A stretch of DNA of 64,000 nt from the NCBI RefSeq assembly GCF_009914755.1, contig NC_060940.1. The stretch is one strand, 5' to 3'. Shown piece after piece: positions 22,901-40,697 of the stretch. Both the position numbers and the translations under genes were made by a program. The DNA comes from the human T2T-CHM13v2.0 reference genome, Homo sapiens. Below the pieces are notes generated by a model. That model searched no databases and was not told the DNA's origin. It saw only the letters and a program-made list of their open reading frames with translations. Position 1 is the stretch's first letter. Each line of letters begins with the position of its first letter.

Positions 22901-23673
22901 GGAGCTTGCATTTTACCACGAGAGACACACATAGGGGAGCGGGGCAGATATTTTGCTGGTAAAAGCGCCATCTTGGAGCCCTTCTAATCCGCTTCCAGTG
23001 AGGATAACCCTGTTGCCCCGGGCCGAGGTTCTCCATTAGGCTCTGATTGATTGGCAGTCAGTGATGGAAGGGTGTTCTGATCATTCCGACTGCCCCAAGG
23101 GTCGCTGGCCAGCTCTCTGTTTTGCTGAGTTGGCAGTAGGACCTAATTTGTTAATTAAGAGTAGATGGTGAGCTGTCCTTGTATTTTGATTAACCTAATG
23201 GCCTTCCCAGCACGACTCGGATTCAGCTGGAGACATCACGGCAACTTTTAATGAAATGATTTGAAGGGCCATTAAGAGGCACTTCCCGTTATTAGGCAGT
23301 TCATCTGCACTGATAACTTCTTGGCAGCTGAGCTGGTCGGAGCTGTGGCCCAAACGCACACTTGGCTTTTGGTTTTGAGATACAACTCTTAATCTTTTAG
23401 TCATGCTTGAGGGTGGATGGCCTTTTCAGCTTTAACCCAATTTGCACTGCCTTGGAAGTGTAGCCAGGAGAATACACTCATATACTCGTGGGCTTAGAGG
23501 CCACAGCAGATGTCATTGGTCTACTGCCTGAGTCCCGCTGGTCCCATCCCAGGACCTTCCATCGGCGAGTACCTGGGAGCCCGTGCTGCTCCGCACTGGG
23601 CTGTCTTTGCTGGAACTGCTAGGGAGGGAGGCATTTTGGGTTGAATTGTGACCCCACAAAATGTGGAAGTCCT

Positions 23674-24623
<950 letters not shown>

Positions 24624-24681
24624 CTAATCTTTGCACTTGTGAATTTGACTTTATTAGGAAATAGGGTCTTTGTAGACCCTA

Positions 24682-25093
24682 TTTGTAGAGGCAGGGTCTC
24701 ACTTTGCTGCCAAGGCTGGTCTTGAACTCCTGGCCTCAAGTGACCCTCCCTTCTCAGCCTCCCAAAGTGATGGGATTACAGGCATGAGCCACTGTGCCTG
24801 GCCTTTATGTTATTTATTTATTTATTTATTTTTGAGACAGAGTCTCACTCTGTCGCCCAGGCTGGAGTGCAGTGGCACAATCTTGGCTCACTGCGACCTC
24901 CACCTCCCAGGTTCAAGATTCTCCTGCCTCAGGCTCCAGAGTAGCTGGGACTACAGGCATGCACCACCACACCCAGCTAATTTTTGTATTTTTAGTAGCG
25001 ATTGCACCTGGTCCAAATTTCCCTTTTTTTTTGTTTTTTTTTGACATGGAGTCTCGCTCTGTTGCCCAGGCTGGAGTGCAGTGGTGCGACCTC
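24682..25093. other. Composite templated insertion (direct copy of 19382-19662 joined to inverted copy of 25675-25808)
   Basis: Shared private variants with both donors; 9-bp junction microhomology CACCACCAC; no TSD or poly(A) at its ends. Confidence 0.88.
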
Positions 25094-25426
25094 ACCCCAT
25101 CCAATTTGACTAATGTCTTATTGATTGATTTTTTATTTTTTAGAGGCAGAGTCTCATTCCATTGCCCAGGCTGGAGTGCCATGGTACAATCTCAGCTCAC
25201 TACAGCCTTGAACTCCTGGGCTCAAGCAGTATTCTCACCTGAGTGTCCTAAGTAGCTGGAACTACAGGGATGTGTCACCATGCCTGGCTTTTTTATTTGC
25301 TTGTTTTTTTGTAGAGTAGGGAGTCTTGAACACCTGGCCTCAAGCGATCCTCCTGCCTCGGCCTTCCAAAGTTCTAGGATTACAGGCATGAGCCACTGTG
25401 CCTGGCCCCCCACCCCAGTGTCCTTA

Positions 25427-25938
<512 letters not shown>

Positions 25939-26534
25939 TCAAAATAAATAAATAAATAAATAAATAAATAAAAATAAAAGGGAAATTTGGACACAGAGAG
26001 AGACACACATATGCAGCGAGAACACCACCTTAAGATGAAGGCAGAGATGGGGGTGATGCATCTACAAGCCGATGAGCAGTGGGGGCTAGCAAGTGACCAG
26101 AGGCTGGGAGAGAGGCGCAGGGCAGATTCTCAGCCTTGACCTTGGACTTGCATTCTGCAGGACTGTGACACAATGAATTGTGTATGACTGTTGTCTACAC
26201 CTGCCACTCAATTTGCAGTATTTTGTTACGCCAGCCCTAGCAAACTATTATAACAGAAGGGTTTGCACTGGTCCTGCCCTCAGGGAGCATCCTCCATCAG
26301 TGGCTGATGGGAGTTGCTGGGTAACTACTCCAGCTCACCAGCCTTCCGGGTGGGGCGCTCTGTCTCTCAGAGAGTGGCCTGTTCACAATACAGGGACATC
26401 CTGTGTTGACCACCCTTCCCATCTCATTTCTCTTCTTCTACCTGTGTTTTTGGGATCATAAGCAATTTGCACTTGAATTTCCCTCTCCCAGTCTGCTTCT
26501 GGGACAGAGGCTCTGGCTAATCTTGACCACTGGT

Positions 26535-26670
26535 ATGCATAGGTGTATGTGTGTGTGCATGTGTGTGCATGCCTGTGTGTGAGCATGTGTGTGCATGCCT
26601 GCGTGTAAGCATGTGTGTGCATGCCTGTGTGTGAGCATGTGTGCATATCTGTGTGCGTGCATGTGTGTGC
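26535..26670. repeat. 26-bp minisatellite GCATGTGTGTGCATGCCTGTGTGTGA (~3-4 copies)
   Basis: Direct reading. Confidence 0.85.
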
Positions 26671-26683
26671 CTCCGTATGTGCT

Positions 26684-27060
26684 TGATACGGTTTGGCTCT
26701 GTGTCCTCACTCAAATCTCATCTTGAATTGTAATCCCCACACGTTGAGGGAAGGAAGTGATTGGATCATGGGAGCGGTTTCCTCCGTTCTGTTCTCATGA
26801 TAGTGAGTGAACTCTCTCGAGATCTGATGGTTTTATAAATGGTAGTTTCTCCTGCGCTGACAAACACACTCCCTCCCACAGTCTTGTGAAGAAGATGCCT
26901 GCTTCCCTGTCGTCTTCCACCATGATTGTAAGTTTCCTGAGGCCTCCTAGCCATGCTTCCTATAAAGCCTGTGGAAATGTGAGTCCATTAAACCTCTTCC
27001 TTTATAATTACCCACTGTCAGGTAGTATTCTTTATAGCAGTGTGAGAACGGACTAATACA
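26684..27060 (+). mobile_element. THE1D-type MaLR solo LTR
   Basis: TGATACGGTTTGGCTCTGTGTCC...GGACTAATACA; 5-bp TSD GTGCT/GTGTT. Confidence 0.9.
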
Positions 27061-27114
27061 GTGTTTGTGTGTGTCTAGGAAAGGAACCTTCAGGTCTGAT
27101 CACTTTTTGCCTGA

Positions 27115-27622
<508 letters not shown>

Positions 27623-28639
27623 TAAGTCAATGCGGTGGTGGTGTCTTTTTGGCCCAGCCTGGACTCAGCTGCTGCCGGGTCCTCCTCAGCTGTCCTGCCC
27701 CCACACTCAGGGCCCCAAGAAACACACCAAAGCTCCCTCCCAGAAGCCGTTCCCCACTTCCAAGCCCCTTTCAGCAGCACGAGCAGGCCTGAGACGCACT
27801 GTGCACCAGGCTGGATGTTTTCCTTCAGGGGACAGAGCTGGTCCTGGGATGTGGCAGCCAGACCTCAGGGACAGTGTGTGCTGCACAGACTCCCCTGCAG
27901 GCCGCTCACATGTTCTTGTTTCTGTTTCTGCTGTGATACCGACAGGATTCACCACCGCCACCCAGCACACATTCCTGGGCGCGATCATGGCAGGGGTCCC
28001 CCGGAGCAGGAAGAGAGACTTGGCAGGATGGGACTCAGGGCCATGTGATTTTTGAAAACTCCGTCAGTAATATACACACGTACGGAATAACTCAGCATGG
28101 AAACATTTGGAGTCAAAAATGAAAGTTGGTGGGGCACAGTGGCTCCCACTTTTAATCCCAGCACTTCGGGGGGCCGAGGCAGGAGGATCACTTGAGCCCA
28201 GGTACTTGAGACCAGCCTGGGCAACATAGTAAGATCTTGTACCCCCTCCAAAAAAAAGTGAAAGTTGTCTTTTTCTTTTTTTTTTTTCTTTGAGACAGAG
28301 TTTCCTTCTTGTTGCCCAGGCTGGAGTCAATGGCGTGATCTCTGCTCATTGTAACCTCTGCCTCCAGGTACAAGTGATTCTCCTACCTCAGCCTCCTGAG
28401 TAGCTGGGATTACAGGCGCACACCACCATGCCCGCCTAATTTTTATATTTTTAGTAGAGATGGGGTTTCACCATATTGGTTAAGCTGGTCTCAAACTCCT
28501 GATCTCAGGTGATCCACCTGCCTCGGCCTCTCAAAGTGTTGGGATTACAGGCGTGAGCCACTGCGCCTGACCAAAAGTTTTCTTTTGATAACCTTCATTT
28601 TGTCTGTTGGTGACATTTCGTTTCTCAGACTTTTATGTA

Positions 28640-28835
28640 AATATGGATGTAGCTATAGACAGATAATAGATGTAGATGGATATACATATAGATAGATAGC
28701 TCTGCTATGGATGTAGAGTAGATATAGATACAGACACGTGTGTAGATACAGAATTCAAGACATAGACCAAGATAGACATAGATATATGTATGTAGATAGG
28801 GATACAGACATATCTATGTCTATACATATAAATAG
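28640..28835. repeat. Degenerate (TAGA)/(TACA) low-complexity tract
   Basis: Direct reading. Confidence 0.75.
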
Positions 28836-28979
28836 GTAGGATGGCATAGTTTTAAACATAAATGTCACTGTGCTTTCTGTGTGGCTTGGTTACTTTGTGT
28901 TATTACTGCACAGTTGTCTTGAAGGTCTTCTGAAACAGGCACATACCCCCCTCGTTCCTTCTAATCAATCCCCTGTTAA

Positions 28980-29135
<156 letters not shown>

Positions 29136-29252
29136 TGAGTAGCTGGGATTACAAGCGCCTGCCACCACACCTGGCTAATTTTTGTATTTTTTAGTAGAGA
29201 TGGGGTTTTACCATGTTGGCCAGGCTGGTCTTGAACTTCTGACCTCAGGTGA

Positions 29253-29354
<102 letters not shown>

Positions 29355-30101
29355 TAGTTTAGGTCATCATGTATTGGTGAAAGTATTTCTGCAGGACGGA
29401 TTCCTAGAAGTAGAATTTCTGAGTTAAAAGGTAAGCGTATTTCACATTTTGGGAGGTGCTATCAAAAATTGCCCTCCAAAAAGGTTGAACCAATATGTGC
29501 TCCCAGAGTAATTTAATTTGAATATTAAAAAGGATGGTGACCTCATTTTGTACTGTAAGCTGGTGAAGTGGGACAGATCAGTTACATGTAAATAGGTTAT
29601 TATGGAGCAAGCAGGTCTGAACCGGCTCCTGCTTGGCCGTGCTTGGTTGTTTATTTTCAATGCACACACTTGAAGGGGAAACAAACTGCTTTTCTTTAAT
29701 ATGTTTCAGAATTCAAAATGTTTCTGGTAGATACAAGATTTTTCCTTCTTCCATGGCAGTTTTGGCATTAGTGAGGCCTTCCTTTACCAATTATAGCTGA
29801 TTATAATGGAAGATTGTCCACGCGCTTATGTAATTATAATTCAGAGACAAGAAATTGGGCTTTTGATTCCATTCAATCTGCAGGAGCCCTCCCCACTCCC
29901 CCCATGACCTACTGTTTAAACTTATGCCTGGAGTTGTGAAAATGCAACAGAATCACAGACTCTAAGGTTGAACAACACCGGAGTGGTTCTCTCTCAATTC
30001 TTTCTAATTTTTCCTAATTGAAGAGAAATGGTGCCAGTAACCAGGGTCACCTCGACATGAGAGGGGGTGGACTCTTTCGCTATATCTGGGTTTCTATGCT
30101 A

Positions 30102-30275
<174 letters not shown>

Positions 30276-30278
30276 TCA

Positions 30279-30497
<219 letters not shown>

Positions 30498-30918
30498 TTA
30501 TTTCTTTTACTTTTTCTTAAAGTTATTTTTATTTCCTAAGTTAAGCGTTGTAATTTTTGTGAAATCTCTGAAAGTTATGAAAATGAATTAAAGATTATTG
30601 AGTGAGAAAAAAATCAGAAAGAAAAAGAAAAAAGATGGAAGACTATTGGGCGAGTGTATTATTAAAAAAGAAAATGGTCAAATGGCAGTTGTTTTGGTGC
30701 TGGCAAATCTATGTAAGGATTATTTATTAACTTACTTTTATTCTTATTATTTATTTGATTAATTTTTTTTTGTAGAGACGGGATCTCTCTATGCTACCCA
30801 GGTTGGTCTTGAACTCCTGGCCTCAAAAGGTCTTCCTGCCTCAGGCTCCCAAAATATTGGGATTACAGGCATAAGCTGCCACACCAAGCCTACAATCATT
30901 TATTGATTAATGGTGTGA

Positions 30919-31233
<315 letters not shown>

Positions 31234-31499
31234 TGATCTGCCTGCCTTGGTCTCCCAAGGTGGGATTACAGGGGTAAGCCACTGTGCCTGGCCCATGTAT
31301 CATTTCCTTCCCTTGACGGGAAGGACCAATGACCAGATAGGCCAATGTCTTGCTCTGGGCTCCTCAACGAGCATGTGGTCTGAGGGGTACTTGTATCTGC
31401 TTCCCTAGCCCATGGTTCAGGGCTTCTATGACCCACCAGCTGCCTCCCTTCCCAACAGGTCCTGCCCTCCACTGGAATGATCTGAGATCTTTCTTTGAG

Positions 31500-32420
31500 A
31501 ACCTCTGAGAGCTGCCAACCAGAAAGGGTCTATCAAGACAATCTCTTGCAGACTTCATCCATCCACATGCACAAGGAAATGATAATGAGATTTCAGGTCA
31601 GTGGCTTGGAGAGAAAAATGACACAATGAGGATGGATGGAGGAAGGCAGAGAGGAGGGTTGGTCGTCGTATAATATTTGAATCTATCCTCTTCCCAAGAA
31701 TGTGTCTTTTCCCCTGGAATTCAGGAGAATAGAGTGTTACTTTTTTATGGCCAGGAAAACATTAATAAAAAATGAACCATCAGTGAAATTAATTTCAGAG
31801 GTTTATGCATTCACAGCGACTAACAAGCCTGCACCTGCTCATCTGACACCCTTAAGCCGCTCCCCTGTGCCCCGCTTCCCACCCTCTTAAAATTCTTCTC
31901 CTTCTCAAAAGGTACCTGGTTGTCGCGTTGAGCAGTTAAATAAATGTACGGTGGGATAGAGACATGGCTTATTAATTAAAAACGCTGCTCTGCCACTTTA
32001 CAGTTACGAAGAAACAAGCCAGGCTGAGCAGAAAGAGTCTGTCGGGGAGACGCTGGTTGGATTTTTACGTGCCGTGTAAAGGGCCCTGGTATAATGGGAT
32101 GAGACAGACATTCATTAGCTTTCCCACTGAGCATCCCACACCTTCCCACACAGGGTCGTCTTCTCTCCTGCCCTCCCCCTCTCTCCACCTTGGAACTAGC
32201 ACTTTTCTTGGATGGTAAGAGTCACTTATAGAGTTACTTATACAGTAAGAGTCACCTGGGCCCCCTCTCTGACTATCCCATCCATCTGCTGTTGCTGTTT
32301 TCAGCATTTTTCTCTCCAAGCCACTGACCCTAAATCTCATTATTTCCTTGTGCACGTTGATGGATGAAGTCTCTAAGCGATTGTCTCATCGGACCCTTTC
32401 TGGTTGGCAGCTCTCAGGTT
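31500..32420. repeat. Non-Alu inverted repeat: core arms 31505-31620 and 32305-32417
   Basis: CTGAGAGCTGCCAACCAGAAAGGGTC...GGTCAGTGGCTTGGAGAGAAAAATG is the reverse complement of CATTTTTCTCTCCAAGCCACTGACC...GACCCTTTCTGGTTGGCAGCTCTCAG; about 85-90% identity by eye. Confidence 0.92.
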
Positions 32421-32784
32421 GGAAGCTCACTGATTGGAATTTCTTGGTTAAAAACTTACAGAAAGTCCTGTGCAGTGGCTCACGCCTGTAATCCCAGCAC
32501 TTTGGGAGGCTGAAGTGGGCAGATCACCTGAGGTCAGGGGTTCAAGACCAGCCTGGGCAACATGGTGAATCCCCATCTCTACTAAAAATACAAAAATTAG
32601 CCGGGTATGGTGGCGCACCCCTGTAATCACAGCTACTCAGGAGGCTGAGGCATGAGAATTACTTGAACCCAGGAGGCAGAGGCTGCAGTGAGCTGAGATC
32701 ACACCATTGCACTCCAGCCTGGGCAAAAGAGTGAGGCTCTGTCTCAAAAAAAAAAAAAAAAAAAAAAGAGAGAGAGAGATGTAA

Positions 32785-33140
<356 letters not shown>

Positions 33141-33500
33141 TAAAAAAACTTTTGATCAAGGTATATCATACATGTATGTAGTCAGTATAAAGTGTGCACA
33201 TCTTAGTATGTGGGTGCCTTTATAGCCAGGAGTGGAGTTGCCAGGTGGTGGGATAGGTGTATGTTTCACCTTGTAGGAAATGTATAAGCAGGTTTTCAAA
33301 GTGCTGGTACCAATTTAGACTCCCACCAACTGTGTGTGGGAGTTCTAGTCGCTCCACATCTTTGCCAACACTTGGCATTGTTAGTCTTTTTAATTCTAGC
33401 AGTTCTGGTGGGAGTATAGTAGTCTTCTCTCTCGTTTAACTGGCTCATGCATATTCATCTTTCAGGTGTCGGCTCAGATATTGTCTCCTCCAGAACTCAT

Positions 33501-34176
<676 letters not shown>

Positions 34177-34554
34177 CATACATCTTCCTTGACCACTTAG
34201 CCTGATTGGTCTCCTTGCTAGCTCTGATCCTGCTGAAATGTAATTGCCTGTCAACTTCACCATTGTTCCCACTAGACTTGGAAGTCCTCAATGGCAGGGA
34301 CTGTGCTTTGTTTATTGTTTGGAGTCTTGTCCAACTGCCATCCTGTCCAGTGAGGGCGAGGCCCGTTGGAGCAGTCGCTCGCTCCACCAGCGTCCTAAAG
34401 CTAAAGCTTCTTTTGTGCCAGACTCCTCTCCCAGCAGGGAGGGCAGGACCTGCCTCCCTGAGGTCTTCAGCTGTTGCTGTTTGCTCTCAGCTGCCTCATT
34501 TCCAGTGCTTGGGTAAAACAAGCCACCCTAGAAGTGTTGGCTAAAGCCTCTGAT

Positions 34555-34832
34555 TTCTTCCTTTCCTTCCCTCTTCCCTCCTCTCCCCTCCTCTCCCCTC
34601 CTCTCCCCTTCCCCTTTCCCATTTCCTTTTCCTTCCTTACCCCTTTCCTTTCCTGTTTCCTTTTCCTTCCCTTTCCCTCCCCTTCCTTTCCCTCCCCTCT
34701 TCTCCTCCCCTCTCCTCCCCTTCTCCCCTCCCTTCCCCTCTTCCCCTCCCCTCCCCTCCTCCCCTCCTCTCTTCCCCTCCCCTCCCATCCCCTCCTCCCC
34801 TCCTCTCCCCTCCCCTCTCCTTTCTTTCCCTT
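34555..34832. repeat. ~280-bp C/T polypyrimidine tract
   Basis: Almost purine-free CCCCTC/CCTTT units. Confidence 0.95.
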
Positions 34833-35096
34833 TGGTGTGTTCATTGCTTACTGCAGCCTCAAACTGCTGGCTCAAGCGATCCTCCTGCCTCAGCCTCCTG
34901 AGGAGCTGGGACTACAGGTATGCATCATCATGCCCTAAAGCCTCTGATTTCTGTGGCTGGCCTCATCCCGCTTCATATCCCCATTCACCTCAGGCACCAT
35001 CAGAAATTCAAGCCAAACGCACAGCGTGGTAGTATAACTAACAATACTGTATTTATACTTGAAATTTGTTAAGAGGGTAGATTTTAAGCGTTGTCA

Positions 35097-35097
<1 letters not shown>

Positions 35098-35135
<38 letters not shown>
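35098..35135. repeat. (CA)n microsatellite within an L1M 3' remnant
   Basis: Direct reading; flanks resemble an L1 3'UTR. Confidence 0.9.
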
Positions 35136-35137
<2 letters not shown>

Positions 35138-35406
35138 GCTAACTACGTGAGGTGTTGGGTATGTGAACTAGCTTAATCATGGTGATCACTTCATATACCT
35201 ATATCAAAACATCAGGTTGCTTCCTTGTTGTAGATACCACCTTCCTGCTGTGTCCTCTTGAGGTGGAAGGGCCAATGAGCTCTCCCAGGGCTCTTTTATA
35301 AGGACTCTGATCCCATTCAGGAGGCTCTGCCCCCATGACCTAATCACCTGTCAAAGGGCCCCACTTCCTAACATTATCACCTTGGCGGTTAGAATTTCAA
35401 CATATG

Positions 35407-36026
<620 letters not shown>

Positions 36027-36585
36027 TAAAACAATTTCAACATATGAATTCTGGGAGGACATATTCAGACCACAGCCCTCTGCATAGAGCCACTGCTCAC
36101 CCACACTCTCCTCAATGTAGATTGATCGAGCCCAGTTCAGTTCCTCTTGAGCTTGGAAGCAGAGCCGTGGGTACGGTGACCTCGAGAGACTCTCAGGGAC
36201 TGGGATGCCCTCTCTGACCTCCAGGTGCCCTTCCTGGAGGAGTGTGAGCCTGTTCTCTGTGGTGGGCAAGACTCCAGGGAGAAGGCGTGTGGCTGTGTGG
36301 CCAGGAGTACAGGCTCTGAACCAGACTGCATATGTTCAAATCCCAGCATCACCACGAACTAGCTGTGCCTTTGCAAAGCTACTCAACCTCTCTGCACCTT
36401 TCATTCTTCATCGGTAAGATGGGATGATGATAATCACAGGACCTGTCTCACAAGGCTGTTGTGAAGCTGAAGGAAGCTAATATGTGCCTGGCATACAGCA
36501 AACCCCATGTAAACCTCTGCTTCTGTTACTAAGCTTTGGAAAAAGATACTCAGCTTCAATCCCAGATCCAAAATTTATTAGCTGA

Positions 36586-37907
<1,322 letters not shown>

Positions 37908-39347
37908 TGACAAGTCTGTTTTCTGAAAAAAGGAAACAGTCAAATGATCTCATAGGATTGCAGTCATAATGAAAACAGGAATAACATAATCAAGAGCACA
38001 TTGGGGGCGCTTGAGAAATATTCCTCCTTCCCAGACACAAGGGTGCGCTGAGTCCTCCAAATGTGCTCGAGGGTGCATGCTTTGAACTAGAGATGCCTTT
38101 TTCCAGAAGAAATCACTCTGGTGAACTGGTGGTGGTCCATGATAGCCCATTACATTGCATTTTTAAGGCTGAGAACATTTTCATTAGGAAATATTTCAAA
38201 CCTTCAGAAAAGTACAAGAAATAATATGACACCCGTGTATGTACCCTAGAGAGTTAATAGATGTTAGCATTTTGTCACGCTTGCTTCAGATCTCTCTTTT
38301 ACAGAAGGAAGAAAGTGTTACAGATACACTGAGGCGAAACTTAATTAAGAATGTAGCTGAACTCTGGTTCCGATGAGGAATTCTGGGCCAGGCCTTTGTG
38401 GGTACTAGGGATGTGAGTGAGTTCTCTGGCTTCTGTGAGCTCATCCTCCAGCCGGGAAGGCAGACTCATGAACGGACGATTGTCCTACAATGGGACAAGT
38501 GCTGCACTGGTGAAATATACAAGAGCAATGGTGGTGGTGGGGAGTGTGAGAGGTCAGAGAGGGCTTCCTGGAGGAGGTGACATCTAAGATGTACCTTGAA
38601 AAAGTGAGTAGATGGTGGGTGTGGTGGCTTTTGCCTGTAATCGCAGTACTTTGGGAGCCCGAGGCAGGTAGATTGCTTGAGCCCAGGAGTTTGAGACCAG
38701 CCTGGGAAACATAGCGAAACCAAGTCTATAATAAAAATACAAAAATTAGCCAGGTGTGGTGGCACATGCCTGTAGCCTCAGATACTTGGGAGGCTAAGGT
38801 GGGAGGATTGCACTCCAGCCAGGGCAACAGTGAGGCCCTGTATTTAAAAAAAAAAAAAAAAAAAAGGAAAAGAAAATAAAAAGTGAATGGAATTTTGTTG
38901 GGCAGACAAAGGGAGAGGTGGGCTTTCTGGGGGAAGGGGCATCATATGTAAAGGCGGGGAAGCTGGAAAAGGTGTGTGAACTGGGATTATGATACACAGG
39001 GTAGTGCAGCTTTTTTTCTTCCTTTGAGACAGGGTCTTGTTCTGTTGTCCAGGTTGGAGTACTGTGGCACGATCTCAGCTCACTGCAGCCTAGACCTCCT
39101 GGGTTCAAACAATCTTCCCACCTCAGCCTCCCCAGTAACTGGGACCATAGACACGCACCACCATGGCCAACTAATTTTTGTATTTTTTTTTTTGTAGAGA
39201 TGGGTTTTGGCATTTTGCTGAGGCTGGTCTCAAACTCCTGGCCTCAAGTGATCCGCCCTCCTTGGTCTCCCAAAGTGCTGGGATTATAGGCGTGAGCCAC
39301 TGTGACTGGTCTGGGTGGTGCAACTTCTGTCTTTTTGAACTGTGAGA

Positions 39348-40078
<731 letters not shown>

Positions 40079-40697
40079 GACGCTTTGCATGTAGCTAGAC
40101 AGAGATCACTCCTGCCCCACATACTTCATGGAAGACCTGGCCTCTTCATTTCGGGGTTCCTTTCTTGGAAGCAAGCTCTAGAAAGAGGTTGAGCTTTGGA
40201 ACAGTTTCAGGGAGGCCCAGCTAGTTTTTATTAACCTCCTCAGTGAGCCCCAACATTGGGTTCATCCTGCAATAGGATGGGAAGGGGAGATGATGGAGAC
40301 TGTGACAGAAATACCAGAAAAAGAGGATACCCCAGAGGGCTGCATCAACATCAGAGGAAGAGGTGATGTGGCTCCCTCTGGATGAAGCTGGCTGTGAATC
40401 TCCTTACAGGGAGGATTCTTTGCGCCCCCAGCAAGAAGAGAAGGAGAGGGAGATGCGACCACCATGGAAAAGTGATTCTGGTTTTGGCTGAGTCCAGAGG
40501 GCCAGAACTGCCTTCTCTCCCAAGCGCCATCAGCACCAGGAAGCCAGAGGGAGTCGGGCAGGAATGCTGGGGTGGAGGCATTTGCTTTATGCGGTAGATG
40601 GTGAAATGGGGTAAGTACAATTTTCCATCAGAGAAGAGAGGAGCAAGGAAAGAACTTCACATTCACTCACGGCCCTTAACCTTTACAAGGACTCTAT

